In this document: one piece after another, positions 17,498-27,917 of the stretch | How positions within the stretch are numbered: position 1 is the first letter of the stretch | How the letters are laid out: every line of letters starts with the position of its first letter | DNA from: Planctomycetota bacterium | Lineage (GTDB): Bacteria > Planctomycetota > B15-G4 > JADJEK01 | Direction: 5' to 3' | Assembly: GCA_044225365.1 (NCBI GenBank) | Contig: JBGAIQ010000069.1 | Coordinates: 1 to 27,917 of the forward strand | DNA: 27,917 bases | Program-made: the position numbers and the translations under genes | Notes under the pieces: generated by a model | Database searches by the model: none | What the model was told of the DNA's origin: nothing | What the model saw: only the letters and a program-made list of their open reading frames with translations

Positions 17498-18904
17498 ATG
17501 AGCAAGAAACAACCCACCTCCTCGAGTTCGATCGACCGCCGCGACCTCCTCAAGCTCTCGCTCCTCGGAGCCGCGAGCTTTGCGATCCATGGCTGCAAGG
17601 CCATGCCCGGGAACTTCCTGAAGAAGCCGACCCCGAACGAGAAGCTGCGCATCGCGATGATCGGCTGCGGCGGGATGGGCGGTGCGGATCTCGAGTCGCT
17701 GCTCGGCGAGAACATCGTCGCAGCGTGCGACGTCGACTGGGAGACCGGCGCCGAGGGATTCACGCGGGTCCCGAACGCGAAGAAGTTCTGGGACTATCGC
17801 GAGATGCTCGAGACCCTGACCGACATCGACGCAGTGGTCGTCTCCACGCCCGACCACACGCACGCGCCCGCGGCCGCGATGGCGCTGCGAATGGGTTATC
17901 ACGTTCGTTGTCAGAAGCCGCTGACGCACACCGTCGAGGAAGCGCGCCTCCTCGCGCACTTGGCGAAGAAGGCCGGCGTCGTGACGCAGATGGGTAATCA
18001 GGGCACCGCGATGGACGGGCTGCGCGCGGGCGCCGAAGTGATCCGCTCGGGCGGCATCGGCAACATCAAGGAAGTCCACGTCTGGACGAATCGCCCGATC
18101 TGGCCGCAAGGCATGGAGCGCCCGAAGGACATCGAGCCCATCCCCGCGACGCTGCGCTGGGACCTCTTCCTCGGTGCGGCGCCGTACCGTCCGTTCCACA
18201 AGGGATATCAGCCCTTCGACTGGCGCGGCTGGTGGGACTTCGGCACCGGCGCGCTCGGCGACATGGCCTGCCACATCATGAACCTCGCCTATTACTCCCT
18301 CGAGCTCGGCGCGCCCGAATCGGTGGAGCTCGTCTCCGAGGAAGGCATGACCGCGGAGAGCGGCCCGAAGAACTCGAAGCTGAAGTATCGCTTCCCGGCG
18401 AACGGCAAGCGACCGGCCGTCGATCTCTACTGGTACGAAGGCGGCGCGAAGCCGGCCGTCCCGGTCGTGATGGGCGACAAGCAACTGAAGGAAGGCGGCT
18501 CGATCCTCATCGGCGACGAAGGCGTGATGTACGTCGACGACGATTACGGCGCGACGTGGCACCTCTACCCCGAAGCGAAGTTCAAGACCTACAAGCCGCC
18601 CGAACCGTTCCTGCCGCGCGCGCCGCGCCTCATGGAAGCCGACGGCAAGTTCCAGCAAGCTCGCAACATCACCGCCGAGTGGCTCGGCGCGATCCGTGGC
18701 GAGGTCGAGGAGACGTCGTCGGGCTTCCCGAACTACTCGGGCCCCTTCACTGAAACGGTCCTTCTCGGCAACGTGGCGCTGCGCACGGGCAAGACGATTC
18801 GCTGGGATGCGGAGAGCATGACGGCGAAGGACTTCCCCGAGGCGACGCCCTACATTCGCAAGTCCTACACGCGCGGCTTCTCGCCGCACGTGCTCGGAAC
18901 CTGA
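17498..18904 (+). CDS. Gfo/Idh/MocA family oxidoreductase with twin-arginine signal
   Basis: DRRDLLK Tat motif, IGCGGMG Rossmann loop, STPDHTH, CQKPL, QMGNQG and WRGWWDFGTGALGDMACH. Confidence 0.93.
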   Translation: MSKKQPTSSSSIDRRDLLKLSLLGAASFAIHGCKAMPGNFLKKPTPNEKLRIAMIGCGGMGGADLESLLGENIVAACDVDWETGAEGFTRVPNAKKFWDYREMLETLTDIDAVVVSTPDHTHAPAAAMALRMGYHVRCQKPLTHTVEEARLLAHLAKKAGVVTQMGNQGTAMDGLRAGAEVIRSGGIGNIKEVHVWTNRPIWPQGMERPKDIEPIPATLRWDLFLGAAPYRPFHKGYQPFDWRGWWDFGTGALGDMACHIMNLAYYSLELGAPESVELVSEEGMTAESGPKNSKLKYRFPANGKRPAVDLYWYEGGAKPAVPVVMGDKQLKEGGSILIGDEGVMYVDDDYGATWHLYPEAKFKTYKPPEPFLPRAPRLMEADGKFQQARNITAEWLGAIRGEVEETSSGFPNYSGPFTETVLLGNVALRTGKTIRWDAESMTAKDFPEATPYIRKSYTRGFSPHVLGT

Positions 18905-18913
18905 TCCGCGCGG

Positions 18914-19459
18914 TCAGTGCTGATCGACCTGCTCCCAGTTCGTTTCGTAGAGCGGGAGCGGCTCGTGATTCGGGATGTCCTGAATCATCTTCTGGACGGT
19001 GGCATCGGGATGGAACGGTTCGCACATCTCCTTCGTCACGTCGACGAAGGTGACGCCTGCCTTTTGCCACGACAGGTCCCACTTCGACACCAGGAGTTCG
19101 ACCTGCGCCGCTTCTGCGATCTTCGGTAGTTCCGCCGCGATCGGTTTCAGCAGGTTCGAGACCGACGCGGTGCTGAAGCCCTGTTGGTGGAATCGCGACT
19201 GCAGTGCCGCGCCCTTCTTCTCCGCAGCGGCGACGCCCGCGGCGTCGTTCGCCGCCTTGGCGTCGTCGCGTTCCTTCTTCAGATCGGAAAGCGCCTTCGC
19301 CATGAACTCCGAGTGCGAATAGGCGATCGCGATCGCCCGCGAGTCGTAGACGCCAACGCGGACCGGCGGCGGAGAGGTCGGAGTGCGGATGGCGGCGCAT
19401 ACGGTGAGGGATGCCGTGAGGGCGACGAGCAACGTCGCGAGAGTCGTGGAACGGAACAT
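18914..19459 (-). CDS. Secreted hypothetical protein, weakly OmpH/Skp-like
   Basis: Signal peptide, VRVGVYDSRAI beta-strand, a long helical hairpin and a terminal VDVTKEM strand, matching the Skp layout. GAGGAG SD. Confidence 0.6.
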   Translation of the reverse strand: MFRSTTLATLLVALTASLTVCAAIRTPTSPPPVRVGVYDSRAIAIAYSHSEFMAKALSDLKKERDDAKAANDAAGVAAAEKKGAALQSRFHQQGFSTASVSNLLKPIAAELPKIAEAAQVELLVSKWDLSWQKAGVTFVDVTKEMCEPFHPDATVQKMIQDIPNHEPLPLYETNWEQVDQH

Positions 19460-19759
19460 CGTGTTCTCCTCATTCTTGCAAGTGGGCGTTCATCGGACGC
19501 CGGGATACGGAACTCCGCCGCCGGGTGCACACTTCGTTCCATGCGACACGCAATGGGGCTCGGCGATCGCTTCCTCGATCGCGAGACGACGGGCGATGCG
19601 GAGAGCCGCTGTCTCGCATGAACTTGCATCGGGTGCGACGAAACTGGTCGGAAGGACGCGTCGCATCCGCCGCCTGGCGTGCGCATCGATGGACGAGCGC
19701 TGCGTGTTCAGGACACGGTCAAGAATTGTTCGCTGTGGGAACGCGAACCGGCGACGAGT

Positions 19760-20686
19760 TCAACGCGCCGGCCGCAGCAGTCGCGCCTGATACCCGGCCA
19801 TCGAGATGTCGAGCGCGGAGGTCGTCGCCATCGCATCGCCATCGAGCTGCCAATGGAACGGGCCCTCGGCCGAGAGTCGAACCGACTCGCCCGCGTAGTA
19901 GGCCGCGAGTTCGCGCGGCATCTCGCGCTTCAGCTTGTGGAAGAGCAGCGCGAGCAGTTGGATCGGCAGGAACGCGAAACGCTGGCCGACGATCTCGAAC
20001 TCGCCATCGTCGGGAACCGCGTTCGGCGCGACGGACCAGCCCGTCGCGTAGGTGCGCGTGTTGCACACGGTCACGGTCGGAAAGCGCAGGCTCACGGAGA
20101 TGCCGCTGACCTCGATCGCGAACGACGACGGGAACAGTCGGAAGAGTCCCGCGACGCCGCCGAGCCCGTACAAGAGATGCGCGCCTGGACCGTAGGAGTA
20201 GACCAGACGACCGAGCCGCGTCCCGCGCGCCGCACGGACGAAGCGGGTGGGAAACGAATCGAACCCGACGCCCACCATCGCGAGGAACGGTTGTTCGTTG
20301 GCGAGGCCGATGTCGAGCCGTGCGCACGATTCATCGGGCAGATCCAGAGCTGCGGCCGCCGTCCATGGATCGGTGATCGAGATGCCGAACTCGCGAGCGA
20401 TCACGTTGCCATGCCCGAGAGGAATGAGCGCAATCGGAGTCGCGAGGCACCGTGGCCCGAGTCCTTCGACCGATTCGCGCAACGTGCCGTCCCCACCGAC
20501 CACGGCGATGCGGTCGATACTCTTCGAATCGTGCGCAATCTCGATCGCATGTTTCGAGCGCTCGGTGAAAACGAGATCGACGAAGTCACCGCGCGAGCGC
20601 CGCAGAACGGCGAGCTCTTCGCCGATCGCCTTTCCGCGGCCTCGCCCCGCAATCGGATTGGCGATGATCAGGAGTCGTCTCGACAT
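19760..20686 (-). CDS. Diacylglycerol/lipid kinase family protein (YegS/DgkB-like)
   Basis: IIANPIAGRG, VVGGDGT, IPLGHGN, GVGFD and QLDGD motifs. Start ATG 20686 overlaps the 3' end of rlmN. Confidence 0.88.
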   Translation of the reverse strand: MSRRLLIIANPIAGRGRGKAIGEELAVLRRSRGDFVDLVFTERSKHAIEIAHDSKSIDRIAVVGGDGTLRESVEGLGPRCLATPIALIPLGHGNVIAREFGISITDPWTAAAALDLPDESCARLDIGLANEQPFLAMVGVGFDSFPTRFVRAARGTRLGRLVYSYGPGAHLLYGLGGVAGLFRLFPSSFAIEVSGISVSLRFPTVTVCNTRTYATGWSVAPNAVPDDGEFEIVGQRFAFLPIQLLALLFHKLKREMPRELAAYYAGESVRLSAEGPFHWQLDGDAMATTSALDISMAGYQARLLRPAR

Positions 20687-21771
20687 CCACCGTTCGTCGG
20701 AGCGCTCTTGCGCCGCCGACTCTCCTCGCGAACGAGCTGACCGCACGCGGCCGCGATGTCGCGACCGAGCGAATAGCGCAACGTCACTTTGAACCCGCGG
20801 CGCTTCAGCTCCGCGCCGAAGGACTCACGCAACGGTAGTGCCGTGCCCACGATTGGCCGGGACGACGCTGCGCCGTCGACGTCGATCGCGTTGTAAGGAA
20901 TCAGGTTCACATGGACGTCGAGCCCGTCGAGCCAATGCGCAAGCGCTTCGAGATCGTCCTCGCCATCGTTCCAACCCTCGAGCATCACGTACTCGATCAT
21001 CACGGGTCGCTCTTGGATGCGATTCACTTCGCGCACCGCGGCTCGCAGATCGTCGATGTTCGCGCCGGCGCGCATTGCGATCGGCATCCGTTCCGCGCGC
21101 TTCGCGTCGATCGCGCTGTGCAGGCTGAGCGCGAGGTTCGTCGATGGGAATCGCTGCGCGAAGCGGAGCATCGCGTCGGGGACGCCGACCGTCGAGACCA
21201 ACAGACGTTGCGGGCTGTAGTCGAACAGCGCGGGAGTCGCGAGCGCCGTGAGCGCTTCGCCGACGGCGGCTTCGTTGTGGAACGGCTCGCCCATTCCCAT
21301 GAACACGATGTTGCGCACGCGCACGCCTTCTTTGGCGAGCAGACGATTGCTCTGTACGACCTGATCGAGGATCTCGGCGGCGGTGAGCGATCGCACGAGC
21401 CCCATGCGTCCGGTCGCGCAGAACGCGCACGCCGCCGCGCAACCCACCTGTGACGAGATGCACAGCGAGGTACGACCCGTCGCGTAGCGAAGCACGACCG
21501 ATTCGATGCGCTCGCCGCTCCTCGTCGCGAAGAGCAGCTTGCTCGCACCGTCGAGCGCGGAGTCGCGGCGCTCGACGAGTTCGAGCGGTTGCCAATCGAT
21601 CTCATCGATCGCGGACTCGGAGACCCCCGCCGCTCGCAGTCGCGCGCGCGCTGAATCGAGCGGGATGCCGCGCTTGAAGACGTCGTTGCGCAGCTCCTTC
21701 GTCACGACTCGGTCGAGACGCACTCCCTTCGAGAAAGCATCGATCGCCGGCACGTCGTGGAGTGCGATCAT
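20668..21771 (-). CDS. rlmN: Radical SAM rRNA/tRNA methyltransferase, RlmN/Cfr family
   Basis: IESV, LCISSQVGCAAACAFCATG (CxxxCxxC), FMGMGEP, SLHS, VNLIPYN and DIAAACGQL. Start placed at ATG 21771. Confidence 0.9.
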   Translation of the reverse strand: MIALHDVPAIDAFSKGVRLDRVVTKELRNDVFKRGIPLDSARARLRAAGVSESAIDEIDWQPLELVERRDSALDGASKLLFATRSGERIESVVLRYATGRTSLCISSQVGCAAACAFCATGRMGLVRSLTAAEILDQVVQSNRLLAKEGVRVRNIVFMGMGEPFHNEAAVGEALTALATPALFDYSPQRLLVSTVGVPDAMLRFAQRFPSTNLALSLHSAIDAKRAERMPIAMRAGANIDDLRAAVREVNRIQERPVMIEYVMLEGWNDGEDDLEALAHWLDGLDVHVNLIPYNAIDVDGAASSRPIVGTALPLRESFGAELKRRGFKVTLRYSLGRDIAAACGQLVREESRRRKSAPTNGGCRDDS

Positions 21772-22330
21772 GGCCGACCCACCGGAGGGTGAACGATACC
21801 CGGATCGATGCGAAGGATCGCGCGTCGTGGTTGCGTGCGAAGGATCGTCCACCTGCTGTTTTTCGCACACCTCGTGCGGAAGGTTCCCAAGCTAACGGAC
21901 GAAGCTCGGCGAAGACAAGGACCGGTCGAACCGAAGTGCCGCGCCCGTGCGACCAGCTCAACTGCGTAGCGCCTGCGATCTTGCGTCCTTGTCGGAGCGA
22001 TGGGACGGCGTGTCGCCCCCGATCCGAGCGCGCAGGGAATTCACGGCAAGCAAATCGCGGGAATCGGGAAGGAGTTCGATTCGTCGTTTCGTGGCGGTTC
22101 GGTCTCGAAGTCGCGGAACCTTCGCGAGAGCTTCGACGTCGAATTCCTTCGCCGCTCGCGCTTGACGCCACCCGTCATCACGAACGCGCAAACCAAGAAG
22201 AAGAATGGACCTATGTATCGGTATTCCAAGGTCGAATGTGCTCGACGATTCGCCCTTCCGGCGCCTCGAGACGTTACGAACCCGAATCCGACCCCTACTC
22301 TTCGCGGCAACGCGCGAGAGGAAGTCAGCG

Positions 22331-22347
22331 GGTTTTTGACAAAAACC
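22331..22347. promoter_or_regulatory. Perfect 8-1-8 palindrome containing TTGACA; putative operator or -35 element
   Basis: GGTTTTTG-A-CAAAAACC, AT-rich in a high-GC background, within the divergent rlmN / sORF-aceE intergenic region. Confidence 0.5.
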
Positions 22348-22441
22348 TCACTACCTCGGTTCGATTTCTTCCGATCACATTCAGGGCCTGCTCGTCGGAC
22401 CCTTTTTCCGTTCGACCACCCGTGGCTTCGCTGAGGCATTC

Positions 22442-22540
22442 ATGAGCCCTGGAATCCTGCTCACGATCGTCCTGATCTGCGTCCTGGCGCTGAAGATCTT
22501 CCTCCTCGCGCTCGATGACGTCGAGCGCCAAGAGTTCTGA
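22442..22540 (+). CDS. Small single-pass membrane protein (32 aa), below the ORF-track cutoff
   Basis: MSPGILLTIVLICVLALKIFLLALDDVERQEF*. GAGG upstream, and nearly all third positions are G/C as in neighbouring genes. Confidence 0.6.
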   Translation: MSPGILLTIVLICVLALKIFLLALDDVERQEF

Positions 22541-22781
22541 GGACCGCGCGCATCTTCGCCGTCCTTCCCGCCTTCGATCCACTCCCGATCCCCTCCTGAT
22601 CCATCGAACGGGCGCATGAGCGCCGTCGTGAATCGCGCGTTCCTCGGACGCGACTCGCACGTTGCGACCCTTCCCAGATCGTTGGCCTGCGCAGGGGAAC
22701 CTGTATGCTGACGCGATCCGTTTCGCTCTGGGATCCTCACACGCGCACACACGAGGCGATCGCTTGATTCAGAAGGTTGAG

Positions 22782-25511
<2,730 letters not shown>

Positions 25512-26815
25512 CCGCCGGCCCCTCGATCTCGATCGAATCCACGTACCACGCGATCATCGTCTCCGGATCGCGTTCGTGCGTAGTTTCTGCTGCGAGGTAC
25601 TTCCAGTTGGGAAAGTAGCAGATGCTGCGATCGTTCTCCTCGAGGGCAGAGAGCGATCCCGTAGGTCCGAGCACGAGGACCATCGGGTCGTGCTTGAAGT
25701 ACTGATGATCGACCCCGCTGCGCAGGAGCACGGTCTGCACGGGCACCACTCCGAACTCGTAGACCGCCACGACGCCGAGTCCGACCGCGCCTCCCACCAG
25801 GCCGTCGACGAGCGCGAAGTAGTCGGCATACGCACTGCGCACCAGCAAGTTCGAATCGCCGTGATGCCAGCCTTTGTCCAGTCCCACGACGAAGCCCGCG
25901 ACCAAGCTGCCGTAGACGACGACGTCCGCCACCGCGAATCGGTTGGAATGCTTCATCGAATCGCCGAAGGCTTCGAGCGACAAGCCCCCGCGAGTCAAGG
26001 CGGTAAAGGGGAGATCGAGGACATCGCGAGGAAGGCCCCAGAGCGGGTACGTGATCTTCTTCCAGTTCACTCCCGCAGTGCTCTCGCGCATTCGCCCGGA
26101 CTCGACGCTTCGTGAGCGCAGTCGGACGTGGATCACCTCCTCGAACGACTCGTCGTCCTTCGTTCGACCCGACAACGTCAGGTCGATTTCGACCGTGCCC
26201 GCGGCGCCACCTGGCACCGGAACCGGAACGTCCGTCAACTGCTTGCCATTCTTGGTGTGGGCGAGAGTCCGCGCGGGATTGCCCACCGGCGCAACTCGCA
26301 TCGATTCGATTTCTGGCTTCTCCCCGACTGCGCGAATCGAGATCCGCGCCTCGCCCGTTGCGCCATCGGTGTTCGAACTCGACACCTCGAATCGCGCACT
26401 CGTGGCACTCCTCGCCGCGCCCTCCGACGCGAGCTCATGAAGCTCGATCCGCGGCTCGGCACAGGCAACCGCCGTCAGGGTGACCAGGATGGCAAACGCG
26501 AAACGCACAACGGCCTCCTTCGACGGACGATGCGTGCGTCGGAGCGACACGCTCCGCGAGGCACGTTTCATCCATTCAGCACGCTCGAAGGGAATTCACG
26601 CGCGATGCTCCGCCAATCGGGAGGAAAACGGACGGATTCGTCGATACAATGTTGCTGGCTTCGTGCGGCTGCCTCCAGACCCCGGCGTAAGAGCTCTCCC
26701 TCTTCTCCCTTTGATCCCCCCTCTCCCGCGCGAGCCAACTTCTCTTCTCATCGAATCGAGCGCTTCTTCGACTTCGCTCCTTGAGTGGAGCCCCGAGAAA
26801 GTCGATCCATCCGTC

Positions 26816-27070
26816 ATGGATCCTCGAGCGATCGATTCCCTTCCCGGACTGTCGGACTTTTCCCCCACGGCGATCTTCATCTCGCTGGTCGCGGGCATCG
26901 TCGGCGGCGCGTTCTTCATGTACGGGAAGAAGCAGCAGCGCCTCCCGCAGGTCGTCGGCGGGATCGCGCTCATGGTGTACCCCTACTTCGTGACCAGCGG
27001 CGCCTGGATGATCGTCGTCGGAGCGGGAATCCTCGCCGCGATGGCGGGCGCGATCCGGAACGGCGCGTAG
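26816..27070 (+). CDS. Small conserved membrane protein (3 TM)
   Basis: GIVGGAFFMYGKKQQRLP..GIALMVYPYFV is a recognisable uncharacterised small membrane family motif. Confidence 0.75.
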   Translation: MDPRAIDSLPGLSDFSPTAIFISLVAGIVGGAFFMYGKKQQRLPQVVGGIALMVYPYFVTSGAWMIVVGAGILAAMAGAIRNGA

Positions 27071-27089
27071 CCCCCTCTCCGCTCCGCTT

Positions 27090-27224
27090 CCGCGCTCCGC
27101 GGACCGCCGCGCTCCGCGGACCGCCGCGCTCCAGCGCGGCTCTGGTCTTCTCCGTCCAGCAGGCAAGACGGGCAGACAGCCGTCTGCCCCACGCGGACCG
27201 CCGCGCTCCAGCGCGGCTCTTTTC
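27090..27224. repeat. REP/BIME-like intergenic repeat cluster
   Basis: About 2.5 tandem copies of CCGCGCTCCGCGGACCG from 27090. Exact 29-bp direct repeat at 27115-27143 and 27192-27220 flanking the hairpin GGGCAGAC-AGCC-GTCTGCCC (27170-27189). Confidence 0.75.
27200..27224 (+). terminator. Possible intrinsic terminator
   Basis: GCCGCGC-TCCA-GCGCGGC stem followed by TCTTTTC. Confidence 0.35.
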
Positions 27225-27268
27225 CCCGCCCATTCGATTTCCGCCCTCATCCTCTACGCTCTTCCTCC

Positions 27269-27917
27269 ATGCCGAACGAGACCCCCCCGCGTCCCGTCTC
27301 CTTCGCCGCTCGCGCGTCCTCCGCGGACGATGTCGTTCGGCGAATCCGCAGCAAGGATCGCGTCTTCGTCCACGGCGCCTGCGCGACGCCGACGCCGTTG
27401 CTCGAAGCCCTCGTCCGCCGGAGCGATCTCGAAGGCGTCGAACTCTGGCACCTCCACCTCGGCGGGGAAATCCCCTTCGCGCGGCCCGAGCACCTGCGGC
27501 GCTTCCGTTCCGTTTCGTTGTTCACGTCTCCCTGCCTCCGCGACGCCGTCGCGCGCGGCGATGCCGACTTCGTTCCGATCTTCCTCTCCGACATCCCGAA
27601 TCTGTTCCGGTCCCGGCAAGTGCCGCTCGACGTCGCCCTCCTCCAACTCTCGCCGCCGGACCGTCACGGCAACTGCAGCCTCGGGATCTCGGTCGACGCC
27701 GCGCGCGCCGCGTCGATCACCGCGAAGACGATCCTCGCGGAGATCAACGAACGCATGCCGCGTACGCACGGCGATACTTCGATCCCGTTCGAGCGCATCG
27801 CGGCCTTCGTCCATACCGACCGGCCGCTCGCCACGCATCCCGCCGAAGCCGAGACGCCGCTCACGGCGGCGATCGGAGAACAGGTCGCTGCGCTCGTCGA
27901 GGACGGCTCGACGCTTC
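27269..27917 (+). CDS. Acetyl-CoA hydrolase/transferase (4-hydroxybutyrate CoA-transferase-like), 3'-truncated, absent from ORF track
   Basis: Manual translation gives RVFVHGACATPTPLLEAL..ADFVPIFLSDIP..QLSPPDRHGNCSLGISVD..EINERMPRTHGD..LVEDGSTL. The frame runs off the window. Confidence 0.92.
   Translation, partial: MPNETPPRPVSFAARASSADDVVRRIRSKDRVFVHGACATPTPLLEALVRRSDLEGVELWHLHLGGEIPFARPEHLRRFRSVSLFTSPCLRDAVARGDADFVPIFLSDIPNLFRSRQVPLDVALLQLSPPDRHGNCSLGISVDAARAASITAKTILAEINERMPRTHGDTSIPFERIAAFVHTDRPLATHPAEAETPLTAAIGEQVAALVEDGSTL

Noticed and set aside
22270-22335. Resemblance to glnA/downstream-peptide riboswitch (GGAAGT core before a small ORF)
   Set aside because: The conserved CGTTCA 5' strand and pairing partners are not present.
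27115-27220. Two 29-bp repeats with a 48-nt spacer as a mini-CRISPR
   Set aside because: Only two copies, the spacer is itself a hairpin repeat, and there are no cas genes or AT-rich leader.

Overview
High-GC bacterial window, most consistent with an uncultured Planctomycetota lineage (inference from gene content). The centre (6563-17416, minus strand) is an ~11 kb signalling cluster. It has two ECF sigma factors, each fused through one TM helix to a long extracytoplasmic array of carboxypeptidase-regulatory-like beta-sandwich repeats. Between them lie a sigma-less paralog of the same ectodomain and a membrane Ser/Thr kinase with TPR repeats. Both sigma genes carry the same leaderless ECF-type promoter (TGCAWC-N16-GTTCTY-N8-ATG), a Ser/Thr at residue 33 in place of the first D of the DAED motif, and an in-frame internal ATG with an SD-like run just before the TM. 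The left flank holds a partial CcmP/CsoS1D-like BMC-T shell gene, a VIT1/CCC1 transporter, a zinc-finger membrane protein, a secreted beta-propeller, a GT1 glycosyltransferase, a DUF4760-like protein and a secreted beta-helix-like protein. The right flank holds a Tat-exported Gfo/Idh/MocA oxidoreductase, an OmpH-like protein, rlmN overlapping a DAG-kinase-family gene, an unannotated 32-aa membrane peptide behind a palindrome, a stand-alone aceE, a lipoprotein, a small membrane protein, a REP/BIME-like repeat cluster and a partial acetyl-CoA hydrolase/transferase. No rRNA, tRNA, CRISPR or transposase was seen.
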